Source: Octopus vulgaris (Eukaryota). From it: DNA of 64,000 nt. Position 1 is the first letter of the stretch, and each line of letters begins with the position of its first letter. Below are positions 51,892-64,000 of the stretch, piece by piece. The notes beneath the pieces were generated by a model, which saw only the letters and a list, made by a program, of their open reading frames with translations, did no database searches and was not told where the DNA came from. A program made the position numbers and the translations under genes. Where the stretch lies: positions 13,454,001 through 13,518,000 of the forward strand of contig OX597826.1 of NCBI GenBank assembly GCA_951406725.2, given 5' to 3'.

Positions 51892-52310
51892 GGCGGCGAG
51901 CTGGCAGAATCGTGAGCAGGCCAGGCGAAATGCTTAGTGGGATTTCGGCTGCCGCTACATTCTGAGTTCAAATTCAGCCGAGGTCGACTTTGCCTTTCAT
52001 CCTTTCGGAGTCGATAAATTGAGTACCAGTTAGGCACTGGAGTCGATGTAATCGACTTAATCCGTTTGTCTGTCCTTGTTTGTCCCCTCTGTGTTTAGTT
52101 CCTTGTGGGTAGCAAAGAAATAGGTATTTCGTCTGCCGCTACGTTCTGAGTTCAAATTCCACCGAGGTCGACTTTCCTTGTCATCCTTTCGGGATCGATA
52201 AATTAAGTACCAGTTACGCACTGGTGTCGATGTAATAGGCTTAATCCGTTTGTCTGTCTTTGTTTGTCCCCTCTGTCTTTGTTTGTCCCCTTGTGGGTAG
52301 TAAAGAAATA
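51892..52310 (+). mobile_element. SINE family A dimer
   Basis: Junction at 52122/52123. Confidence 0.92.
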
Positions 52311-52416
52311 TGTATAGTTTAATTGGCAAAATATGAACATCCATAAGTAAAACATATTTCAGTATCAATGAGGTTATGTTCGAAAAGAAAAATCAGAAAA
52401 GCAACAGAAGGAATAA

Positions 52417-52723
52417 GAAACGTTAGCACGCTGGGCGAAATGCTTAACAGTATTTCGTCTGCTGTTACGTTCTGAATTCAAATTCCGCCGAGGTCGACTT
52501 TGCCTTTCATCTTTTTGGGGTCAATTAAATAAGTACCAGTTACGCACTGGGGTCGATATAATTGACTTAATCCGTTTGTCTGTCCTTGTTTGTCCTCTCT
52601 GTGTTAAGCCTTTTGTGGGTAGTAAATAAATAGGTATTTCGTCTACCGTTGCGTTCAGATTTCAAATTCCGCCGAGATCGACTTTGCCTTTCATCCTTTC
52701 AGGGTCGATACATTAAGTACCAG
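52417..52723 (+). mobile_element. SINE family A dimer, truncated at both ends
   Basis: Junction at 52632/52633. Confidence 0.88.
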
Positions 52724-52724
52724 T

Positions 52725-53281
52725 GAGTGAGAGAGTGAGAGAGCAGTGCATGAGTGAGAGAGCAGTGCATGCCATCAAAGTAACACTGGGGTAAAATATA
52801 CAAAGCCCAGTATATCCATCATGACTACCCGTCTGATAAGGGTACACCAGGGATATGCATAACAACTATATGTGCGCGACATGGTGATCTCATATCAGGA
52901 TAAACAGTGTATGACCTCGCATGTGGGGCCCAGCTAGAAGTTTCTTCAGGTTGAGTAGCCCATCCAGCTCAAAAGGTCCCTGATTAAGGGTTGTTTAGGG
53001 ATGTTGAACGAACCACCCATGTTTCCAAAGGTGAATAATCCAAACATCCAAGAATTCCTTTCAACACACGGCCATGAGGCTCCCCTACTACTTTTACTCG
53101 TGATCAGAGATGCACATATCGTCAGCCACTAAGGAACAGGCTCAACTGGTTAAGGTCAAACAACTGACAAGCAAATCTGTGGTATTGAGCAGAATATTTG
53201 CTGTAGCCCATCTTTTATACCTAGACAAAACAATGTACATGATAACACATCCAATCAGTTAAGATCAGAAGCCACAAGAGC
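52725..53281 (-). mobile_element. Family E, longest copy (about 555 bp), abutting (ATT)n
   Basis: Overlaps all other E fragments; locally duplicated end gagtgagagagcagtgcat; (ATT)n at about 53282-53375. Confidence 0.78.
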
Positions 53282-53342
<61 letters not shown>

Positions 53343-53759
53343 GTTATTATTATTATCATTATTATTAATATTATTATGATTCATGGTATGCACGAATGTC
53401 AATTAATGTGAACTATAGCAATAAAGTGGTTGGCGCTTCGAAAAGAATATAATTAGATAAGTATTTAACGGCAAATACTTTCACTTAAAAATATTTATTA
53501 TTTTATTCTTACAAACCGAAATATGAGACGGAAAATTTTCGACGAAGTTGCTCGTTGTAAAGCTTGCCGTACTTCCGTCCATGTTTATTGTTACAGATCT
53601 CTAAGTTCACTAATAAAGCTGTAAGACATGTGTACTTAATTGAAGGTAGTTAATACGATGCGAAGGAAACATAAACAATAATCATAAGGTTTGAATGCTG
53701 TTGCTGGGTTTTACTATTTTACGACAATAACCGATTGTTACACATTCAGCATAATGTAC

Positions 53760-53782
53760 AAACATACATGCATACATGCATG

Positions 53783-53814
<32 letters not shown>

Positions 53815-54237
53815 CATACATACATACATATATACATACATGCATACAAACATACATACATACATACAGTCATACATACACACACATGCATGCATACATA
53901 CATACATACATCATGCATACATACATACATGCATACATACATACACACATGCATGCATACATACATACATATATACATGCATATATATATACATACATAC
54001 ATACATTAATATATACATACATACATACAAACATACATACATACATGCATATATACATACATACCTACGTACATACAAACATACATACATAAATGCATAC
54101 ATGCATACATTCATACATACATATATACATGAATGCATACATACATACATACATATATACAAACACCTATACATACATACATATATACATACATACATAC
54201 ATACATGCATGCATGCATGCATACATACATACATACA

Positions 54238-54267
<30 letters not shown>
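53760..54267. repeat. Long degenerate (TACA)n microsatellite
   Basis: Directly visible. Confidence 0.95.
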
Positions 54268-54268
<1 letters not shown>

Positions 54269-54624
54269 TACTCGATCGTGTTGTATCTTGAAAATGCATA
54301 TTTGGCGCGGTTGCAACATCTTGGTATTTTCTCAGTATGCTCGTTAACCAAGTTTTCATTACTTAACAGAATGCAGAAGACTTTCTCAATGCACAAATCG
54401 CATACGCCGAATACTGTATTATGTAGTTGTACATTTTATTATTACTGACCATTCTATTTCGTATTATGTTTTCCCTTCTTTTAATATCCATATTAAGTCA
54501 GCAAGTGGTGTTGCATGTCACAGGTCTATCTTTCGGAATGAGGAGACATGGTTGCGATAAGGGACCTAAAATTGGTTTTCGGATGCTCCTATCTATGTGT
54601 ATTGTGGTGTAGTGATTGTGCATA

Positions 54625-54836
54625 TACTCTTTTACTCTTTTTCTTGTTTCAGTCATTTGACTGTGGCCATGCTGGAGCAGCGCTTTTAGTCGAGAAAATC
54701 TTTGTAAGTCTAGTACTTATTCTATCGGTCCCTTTTGCCGAACCGCTGAGTTACGGGGACGTAAATACACCAGCATCGGTTGTCAAGCGATGTTGGGGGT
54801 GGGTGTGGACGAACACAGAAATATAAACATATACAT

Positions 54837-54901
<65 letters not shown>

Positions 54902-55063
54902 CGTATATACGACGGGCTTCTTTCAGTTTCCGTCTACCAAATCCACTCACAAGTCTTTGGTCGGCCCGAAGTTATAGTAAGATACTTGCCCAAAGTGCCA
55001 CGCAGTGAGACTGAACCCGGAACCATGCGGTTCGTAAGCGAGCTACTTACCACACAGCCACTC
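54625..55063 (-). mobile_element. SINE family B, near full length
   Basis: Reverse-complement match. Confidence 0.9.
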
Positions 55064-55094
55064 TCTACGTCTGCAGAACTCAGAACATGAGGTC

Positions 55095-56302
55095 GGATCC
55101 TTTTTTTTCATGCATTGGTTCCTGAGCGGACATGCAGATTCTTTTCTACAGTTGCAATGATTTGCACTTATTTGGTGACGCTATACTTTTGTTTTTGTGA
55201 TGCTCCGGTCGATTAGTAGTGTCTGAAGTGTTCTTGATGTTGGTGCTTTTTTTGTTGATTCGATTTTTAGTTTTTATTTGACGCCTAATATAACTGTTGG
55301 GGTCGCAATGTTTTTTGTGAACCCTATTGTGTTTATTTTTGTTATTGTTCCGGTGTTGTTTTGATCTATTTGTTCCTTGTCTGTAGTCGATGTTTGCATG
55401 TATATTTTCTCGTTGTATTTGTGTATGTAGTACTCCATGTTGTTAGATGTGACATACGATACTTTCATTGCCTGCTTGTTGAAGATACGATATTTATGTG
55501 TTTTAGGGAAGCACCTATCTAACGCTGCAAGGAATTGTTTACCTATCTTCGATGATATTTGCAATCTGAAAATTGAGTTATACCGTAGGTCCTCGGAATT
55601 ATTGTAGTTTTTGGTTGGTTCCTTTAACCTTTTTTGTGTGTTGTTGACATTTTGTGCCTCATTTTTGCTATTTTGTTATTCTTTAGTGTTTTGTTTATTT
55701 TTCCTATCTTACAAATTTCTTGGCTTTTGTGTTTTTGTTATGTGTTTGTTGCTGTTTTTCCTGTTGTGTGTGTTTTTTACTTTATTTGTTTGTGTGTTAG
55801 TACTGTTTAGCAATTCGCCAGGTGTGAACTTGATTTTTTTCCCTTATACCCGGCCCCAGCTAGAACTTCATTGTAGTGAAATGCATGAGTGTTGAATATT
55901 ATCTCATTGGCTCATAGGCGTGATATTCTGCTGGCTATGTTCCTAACTATTCCTTTGATTATGGACGGTGGATGATTGGACTTTACATTTATGTATCTAA
56001 GTCACTCATTCGGTTTGCGGTATGGTTCGTACAGCTTTGCTTCTAAGTTAAAAAGTAGCATCTAGGAAATTTACCTTACGGTAGTTACTGTCTATGGTTA
56101 TAAATAGGCCGAAATTAAAAAAATAATTGGTGTAGTTTTTTTCTGTATCCCGTTATTTCTACTTTAGTACAATTATCTATTATGAAAAGGGCATCGACTC
56201 TGTATAGACCCCAAACCCACTCCGCTATTTGTAGGAGAGAGTATTTGATGTGAAATAAGTTGTACATTTCTACGATAACCGTGACCTGAGCTGAGTCGCT
56301 CG
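55095..56302 (-). mobile_element. Penelope-like element RT-to-endonuclease remnant (probably Naiad-type)
   Basis: DSAQV, GLYRVD (GLYRDD-like), KVNFLD, NVKSNHPPSII, IGKQFL..DRCFPK..IFNKQAMKVSY and a Cys motif HCNCRKESACPLRNQC near 55110-55160. Confidence 0.85.
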
Positions 56303-56304
56303 AA

Positions 56305-56338
<34 letters not shown>

Positions 56339-56358
56339 ATGTGTGTGTGTGTGTATGC

Positions 56359-56410
<52 letters not shown>

Positions 56411-57177
56411 GTATGTATATGTTTGAGCGCATACGCATACAATACATACACACGCATAGACTTAAGAGCAAACCTTCGATGAAGAAAGATTATCCTTGCA
56501 ATGAGAATACATGATCTTCCCTGTAATTGTGTTACACAATTGAAAAAATAAAACAAAAGCAAATAAAAACGCATGATGCTTTCACAAATATCAGTTAATA
56601 AAAATTATCCAAAGTTAAAATTGTCTCCTTTACTTGAAGAATTTTTAAGAAATTAAATATTCTTGTTTAGGGATTGATTTTCGCTTTTGTTCGCTAATTG
56701 CGAGGGTAATCTAAGTTAGACTTTACTCACTATATTTGTATGTACCTGCGTACGTACGTACCTACATACCTACCTACATACATGCATACATATATACATA
56801 CATACATACATACAAACATACATACATACATACATACATACATACATACATACATACATACATACATACATTCATGCATACACACATACACACACAAACA
56901 AACATACACACATGTGAACGCTAAGTACAAAACAAGGTGGAAAAAGCAGTATTCGAATGCCAAAGATATAGAAATATAGCATTTTATTGACACTGAAAAA
57001 TCTTCACAAACCCTTACATAGAGTTTCATGCATCCGATCACCTGATACCCATGAGTATTTAAAAAAGACAAACAAGGGATTATTGAACACTAGGATATAG
57101 GAAAAGTAATGTCGTATTTCAAGCAATGAGATCAAATCAGCATAGAATATATTGTAAGTATATTTATTCATTCACGA

Positions 57178-57615
57178 TATTATCATCATCATTGTTCGAC
57201 CGTGGTTGAGACAATGGAATTTACTATGTTACGCCAGACTTCACGGCCCATCATAGCATTATGGAGGTCCTGTTGCTGGATGCCTGTATCCCTGGAGATT
57301 ACACCAGGGTAGGAGAGTGTGCGCCCTCTGGTATCGCGAGCAGATGGCTTCCAGAGGAGAAGAGTAGAAATTACCTCCTTTTCAGCTCTACAACAATGTC
57401 CAGCAAACTGGACTCTTCTACCTTTCACAAGAGATGACACAGGTGGTAGTTCCCATATATTTGTACTTTGGTTGGATGATGCTTCCATGAGAGATTTTGA
57501 GCTCTCATAAGGAGGCGAGTGTAAGTTCCATCCAACCGCCTCTCAAGCTTCTTTGATAACGTCCAGGTTTCTGAGCCATATAGTAGAATTGGTTTGACTG
57601 TGGCTTTGAAGATTC
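57178..57615 (-). mobile_element. RTE-clade LINE 3' end with (GAT)n tail
   Basis: LLYGSETWTLSKKLERRLDGTYTRLL and RRVQFAGHCCRAEKEVISTLLLWKP; tail tgatgatgata. Confidence 0.85.
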
Positions 57616-57789
57616 AAGATATAATTACCATTGATAGCAATAATATTTTCCTACCTCAGAACCCCTTTTCTGATTCCTCAGGCATAAAAATTCAGCTTCT
57701 TTAAAAATGAATAATGTTTGGAGTATCAACATCGAAGCTGCTTCTGAATGCGCCTCCACCCCCACCACCACTGCCACTGGTAAAAGGTT

Positions 57790-58690
57790 CGAGTGTCCTG
57801 GATAAATGAAAATCTGATGGTCCTCTTCGCGTTATCATGTCGCCGGATGATTCCCTTTCTGTTGACTAGAATTAATTATTTTCTGAGCAAAATTTGATTA
57901 AGGCATTCAAGTTATTGACAATGAAATTATCAATACCAGTTGTATTCTATCAGACGCACAGTAAAATCTTCATTGGCGGTAAATCTGTTTTGGGTGTTCG
58001 AAATGGATTCTTATTTTTGCGATAGCCACTGCTTTTTACGTATATTTTTGGCATAGACTATCCATTTCTCATCACCTGTTACAATTCAATTAATAAAAGG
58101 TGATTGTTCACTCCTGATTAGTAAATTATTTCAAATTATTGAACACACTGCTTTGTTCTCAGAAGACAATTAATAAGATACCAACTTCCCCTCTCTACAT
58201 ACGTCCCCACTCTGCTTCAGATGATCTTGTACAACGAACCGAGATGTATTAAGCCTCCAGAATATGTTCCCGATACTTTAACACGGATCCTTATCAATTA
58301 CTGTTTACAAACATTCCCCAGCTACACACAAAACAGAAAAAATGCCCAAAAGACAGGTTGGTTTCTCTCCAATTTTTTTGTAATTTCTTAAACATATCTC
58401 TTTCTGTGTATATATATATACTACCAAATAAGCATGATTCTTACTGAATTCCTAATACATTTTTGTTGAATATTTTCTTAAATACTTTCTTGTAAACTGT
58501 TTTTAACATTTTCTTCTTCTTATTATTATCAAAGAATGTATATATGTATTTTTATACCTTTGTGACAACCAGTACTTAACACAACAAAGTTTATACAAGG
58601 CTTTACATTTTACTTTTGACAATCTTTTTCAAAAAAAGTGAAACCGGTCAAATGAATAGACATCTTTAAAATTGCATTTTAAAACCTTCT

Positions 58691-58695
<5 letters not shown>
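57790..58695 (+). mobile_element. Decayed Penelope-like element with a 3' degenerate hammerhead
   Basis: GPLRVIMS and DSLSVD..LF RT-like remnants; 58610-58657 reads ttt-TTGACAA-tctttt tcaa aaaagt-GAAACCGGTC-aaa. Confidence 0.45.
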
Positions 58696-58731
<36 letters not shown>

Positions 58732-58744
58732 CTTAGATAAAATA

Positions 58745-60038
58745 TAGATAGGTTTCGATCAAAGATTGGTCCATGTCTAACATAATAGCACCACCTAATA
58801 GGATTACCTAAATCCTTTTTAAGTCAGGTTTTGTTTATGGTCCATTCAAGTAGTGAATTCTTGTTGAGTAAGTTGTATCCAGGTATGGGTGGCTTATCTA
58901 GTATTCCTTGAAGAAATCTGTTCAGACTCCGTTTAAAGGTGATGGGATCTTTTACCTTTTTAATCAGTTTTGGGACAATGTTAAACAGGGCAGGGCCTGT
59001 TGAGGAAAAGAAATTATGTCGCAGTGTACCTATATCTTGTGATCCTGAATTGGGCTGGGGTAGTATGGCCCGTGGAGGAACCTTGAAACTAATGTTCAGG
59101 TCGTTTGGCCAATGCTGACTGTATATTCTCTACATCATACAAATGATGTACCGCTCGCGGTGGCGCTGGACAGAGTAGAGTTTCAAGGCTTTAAGGCGGT
59201 CCCTGTAACCGAGATCAGTCATGCCTTCAATTCGTTTAGTGAGTACCCTCTGGGGTGATTCAATCCTCGAGATGTTTTGCTTTGTATGAGGAGACCACAA
59301 GGGGCAGCAGTATTCGAGGTGTGGCCGTACAAAGGAGGAGAAAAGTGGAATGATGACACCTTGTTCCCTGGACTGGAAGGTTCTTAAGATCCAGGAGCTC
59401 ATCCTACGAGCTATATCGACATTATTGTTGATGTGGGCACTCCAACTGAGATTGTTATCAACAATTATACCCAGGTCTCTGATATTAATAGATGCCGTGA
59501 GTGGTTCCCCAGAAAGAAGAGGGTATGGCTGTTTTAGGATAGACTTTCTTCCAATATGCATCAGCTCAAATTTTCCCTCGTTCAGTTGCATCTTGCTTTT
59601 GTCTGCCCATTGACTCACAGCATATAGATCAGATTGGAGTTGAGTTCGGTCTTCCTCTTCATTGATGAGTTTCTGGAGCTTAGTGTCATCAGCAAATATT
59701 TTCACTCTGCAGTGATTTACGACGCTGGAAAGGTCATTTATGTAAATTATAAAGAGGAGCGGGCCCAAGACAATCCCCTGAGGGACATCACTGGTGACTT
59801 TTGCTGGGCTTGAATGGACTCCATCGACCACAACTGCTTATATTCTATTCGCCTGGAAATACTTAATCCAGTGTAGAAGTTTTCTACGGATTCCAACATT
59901 TGCCAATTTTGAGAGTAAGATATTATGGTCAACCCTGTCGAACGCTTTACTGAAGTCAACATATATGACATCAGAGTTCGAACCTGTTCCCAAGGCTTTA
60001 AGTATATCTTCAATGTGATATAAGAGCTGTGTTAGGAC
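58745..60038 (-). mobile_element. CR1-group LINE 3' portion (RT and 3' end)
   Basis: DVIYVDFSKAFDRVDH, VPQGIVLGPLLFIIYINDL, IFADDTKL, RPHLEYCCPLWSPH. Confidence 0.92.
59130..59831 (-). pseudogene. CR1-type reverse transcriptase fragment (233-aa ORF)
   Basis: RT motifs QG..LGP and FADD; frameshifts upstream. Confidence 0.9.
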
Positions 60039-60039
60039 T

Positions 60040-60152
60040 ATGACCCTGCTGGAGCACCACCTTAAAGGGTGTTAGTCGAAGAAATTGACCCCGGGACTTA
60101 TTCTTTGTAAGCCTAGTACTTATTCTATATTCTCTTTTACCGAACCGCTAAG
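60040..60152 (-). mobile_element. SINE family B tail fragment
   Basis: gctggagcacc...ttattctttgtaagcctagtacttattctat. Confidence 0.8.
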
Positions 60153-60164
60153 TAAAATAAATGT

Positions 60165-60407
60165 TTCCTTCTCGCGCCATGCCAGGCTCCTGAGGGCCGG
60201 TTTCCCGATTTCAATGGTGCATATTTTCCCCACCTGGACAGGACGCCTGTCTGTCGCAGGTTTACTCATTTTTGCTAGGTGAGTGGACCAGAGCAACGTG
60301 AAATGAAGTGCTTCGCTCAAGAACACAACGCATCGCCTGGTCCAGGAATCGAAATAGCAATTTTACGATCATGAGTCCAACACACTAACTACTAAGCCAC
60401 GCGTCTT
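60165..60407 (-). mobile_element. SINE family D
   Basis: Reverse-complement match to 1582-1843. Confidence 0.85.
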
Positions 60408-60636
60408 GACAACTGTGGTTAGACTGCGCTTCCCTTGTGAGGTCATAGTTCTCCTTATATTGCCAAAGATCAAACTTCATTTTCCCCGCAAGCTGAATCT
60501 GCTTTTCTTCACCTTTAAGCTAATAGTATTTTTTCAATTCTAAACATGATGTTTTAATTAATTAATATTTATTGGCTCATTACCATAAATATGCTAACCC
60601 TCATAACACTACATAACACGCAGATGTATACATTAC

Positions 60637-61090
<454 letters not shown>

Positions 61091-61683
61091 GCAGGCATGC
61101 ATATATGTGTACATATGTGAGTGTGTGTGTACAATAAGGTATATACATACATATATGTGTGTGTACAATAAGGTATATACATACCTATACTCCACACACA
61201 CACACACGCACACATGCACATACACACACATATGCAGAGAGGATGAGAGAAAGAGATCTTATATGTCAGACATACATACGTACGTACATGCATACATTCT
61301 CCTTTATATGTGCGTGTGTTTTGTATGTATGTGCATATATATATGTGTGTGCGTGTACATATATAAGTATACGTATAGTTTTGTCCGTTGACGTATGAAC
61401 GTGTACGCGTGAACGTATGTATGAACAGACGTGTATATATCTCGTGTGTATCTATATAAAGGGAGTCTCATCCCCCTTCTTTTTCGCTCCTACCAACAAG
61501 TCAACACCAGCAGGAGTTTAGGGTAATGTGATAAGTAATCAGGCCTGTATTTATTTGTGTGCAACGTAACGTGAAAACCCCCTACCGTAGCTTTTGACAC
61601 AGTTGAGAAAATCCCACCTGGAACGGCCGAATGTATTTGTCATAAACACGACACTTATCCCCACGTCTGTTCATGTCGTTGGC

Positions 61684-61685
<2 letters not shown>

Positions 61686-61747
<62 letters not shown>

Positions 61748-61920
61748 AGTGTGTGGAGTGTGTGTGAGTGTGTATGTGCGCGTGTGTGTGTGTGTGGAGT
61801 TTGTGTGTGCGCGTGTGTGGAGTGTGTATGTGTATGTGGAGTATGTGTATGTGCGTGTGTGTGTGTGGAGTGTGTGTGCGCGCGCGCGTGTGGAGTGTGT
61901 GTGTGTGTGTGTGTGTACAT
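61686..61920. repeat. (GT)n and (GTGTGGA)-type compound microsatellite
   Basis: Directly visible. Confidence 0.95.
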
Positions 61921-62468
61921 GTGGATCTGTGTGTGTGCGCGAACATGGGATCCAGGAATTTGTATACCGGTGTTTGCGAGTATGAGCGATAGTGTGTGTG
62001 CATGTTTATATGTCCACGCTGGAGTGTGTATGTGTGTGTATGTGTGTGAGCGCGCCCGTGCGTGTGTGCGCGTGTGTGTATTTATATGCCAGTACGTGCT
62101 TGTGTGTGTGTGCGTATGTGTGTGTTTGAGTGTATGTGCGCGTGCTGTATCTGAGGCTGTGTTTATATCTATGGATATGTTATTTGCTGGTCTGTTGTTG
62201 GCTAGCACCATGTGAGAATTGGTCCAGAAGACTCATAACGAAGAAGATCCATCCATATTATATATAGCTATCTTCTTTTTATTTACGAGAAAGTATTTGA
62301 TTTGTGCATGGAATTCTCTCATCGAAGAGTTAACCCGTTTTCTTTCAATCCTGACGATTGAATATGCACTTTTTACCTCAAAAGTACAATACTTCATAAT
62401 GTATATGTGAGCATATATGTATGTATGTACAATACACACGCATACGCATGTATGTGCGTGTGTATGTG

Positions 62469-62593
62469 TAGTAAGTAACTTGCTTACCAACCACATGGTT
62501 CCGGGTTCAATCCCACTGCGTGACACCTTGGGCAAGTGTCTTCTACTATATAGCCTCGGGCCGACTAAAACTTTGTGAGTGGATTTGGTAGAC
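62469..62593 (+). mobile_element. SINE family B head fragment
   Basis: gtaagtaacttgcttaccaaccacatggttccgggttcaatccc...gtggatttggtagac. Confidence 0.85.
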
Positions 62594-63027
62594 AAGCTTT
62601 CTACAAGCAGGCTAAATAAAAAGCTCCACAAAAGACTGAGAATTTTTTTGTACAACAATTTCAAATATTTCGAAAGAAGTATTTCTGTTTTGTTTCATTG
62701 TTTTCACAATCTAACATACTTCTGAATATATTTTCATAAAGGTTGGAATGTTTAGTAATGAAATGTCGACTTAACTTACAAAAAATTATTGATTCGTGCT
62801 TGACTGATTTTGTTTACACATACGAAGCATAATCGTGAAGGACCCCCCCCACTTCCAATCCAAGGGAAAGAAAACTTTTAATAACAGTCAATGTATTTGC
62901 GATTAGATTGTGTTTCAACTTTAAGGTACGGAAATGTGTTGCATTTCAAATTCATTCATAATTTGTTTTACGCTCAACAATTCTGTTTCTTATTCAGAAA
63001 TGTGTCCATTTCACATATATTTACACT

Positions 63028-63108
<81 letters not shown>

Positions 63109-63115
<7 letters not shown>

Positions 63116-63396
63116 CAACAAGAGGCTTCCAAATAGGAAAGCCTTGTGCTAGAAAGAGCAGTGGAAAACTCAAACCACCAATTAAGGATAAATTCTCGAA
63201 AGGAATGAAAATTAAAAACGTTTACCATCTAAATTCTCAAAAGAAAAGAAAATTAAAAACGTTTACCATCTCTAATTGAGATGGTAAACGTTTTTAATTT
63301 TCATTTCTTTCGAGAATTTATCCTTAATTGCTAGTTTGAGTTTTCTACTGTCTTTGTAGCACAAGGCTTTCCTATTTGGAATCCTCTTGTATTTCT
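63109..63396. repeat. About 290-bp near-perfect palindrome with an internal ~40-bp tandem duplication
   Basis: ccaaataggaaagccttgtgcta / tagcacaaggctttcctatttgg; centre ccatctc taatt gagatgg near 63275. Confidence 0.92.
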
Positions 63397-63481
63397 ATGG
63401 GAATAATATATAGTCAAATGACTAATTCGTTTTTTGTGCTAGGTCACTGGTAATAATAATTTCTTATTATCCTATTGTTAT

Positions 63482-63582
<101 letters not shown>

Positions 63583-64000
63583 CATACATATATATATTTG
63601 TATTTATTTATGTATGTATGTATGTATGTATGCATGCATGTATGTATGTATGTATATGCGGGTATGTAGGTGTTTTGAAAGTACTTCACTGCGTGACGGC
63701 CGTACCCTGCATATTTACGAGCTGCTCTTTGGGAAGGAACGCATCCTTTCAGCCAACCTGCTAGGGATAGGGTGAAGTCATGTGGGGTGCAGCATAGCGG
63801 ATTGTGAAGAGGCAGCAGAAGAGCTCAACTGAGCCAACGTTGATTCCCAGCGGAGGAATCTTAGATGATCAACGGTCAGGAAAACTGAGCTTTATTATGA
63901 AATAACTGGAATGCATCCGCAGGGGTGGCGTTCTTGGTTGTACTCAGCCAATGAAATATTTATTATAACTCAAGCTCTCAATTCAAATTCATAATAATGG

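Noticed and set aside
51269-51937. 222-aa ORF with a hydrophobic poly-Ile/Val stretch
   Set aside because: It spans family E, (ATT)n/(GTT)n repeats and a SINE head; no coherent protein.
53682-54448. Long ORFs rich in YI/HT/CV/LSIY (also near 9496, 45937, 61582 and many others)
   Set aside because: They are translations of stop-free microsatellites, not genes.
62345-62400. CTGACGA followed by a long hairpin
   Set aside because: The 3' half of the hammerhead core is absent.

Overview
AT-rich, repeat-saturated eukaryotic DNA, most likely intronic or intergenic octopus sequence. That assignment is an inference from the SINE families, the extreme (TA)n/(TG)n/(TATC)n/(TACA)n microsatellite load and the TTAGGG-type repeats. 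I can support no host protein-coding exon, and most ORFs in the track are microsatellite or SINE artefacts. The window holds about 30 copies of four tRNA-derived SINE families (my labels A-D) and decayed non-LTR retrotransposons (Tx1/L1, R4/Dong, Hero-like, RTE, CR1, Penelope-like including a probable Naiad). It also holds DNA transposon remnants (one near-full-length mariner, other mariner/Tc1 and piggyBac pieces, Helitrons) and several long foldback elements. The most notable signals are: (i) hammerhead-ribozyme motifs at the ends of Penelope-like fragments, one inside a 600-bp inverted repeat; (ii) foldback elements with internal telomeric repeats and 6-bp target duplications; (iii) SINE head/tail shuffling and a fixed-junction SINE dimer; (iv) an element family repeatedly abutting (TAA)n tracts. 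Coordinates were read by eye and repeat boundaries may be off by several bases.
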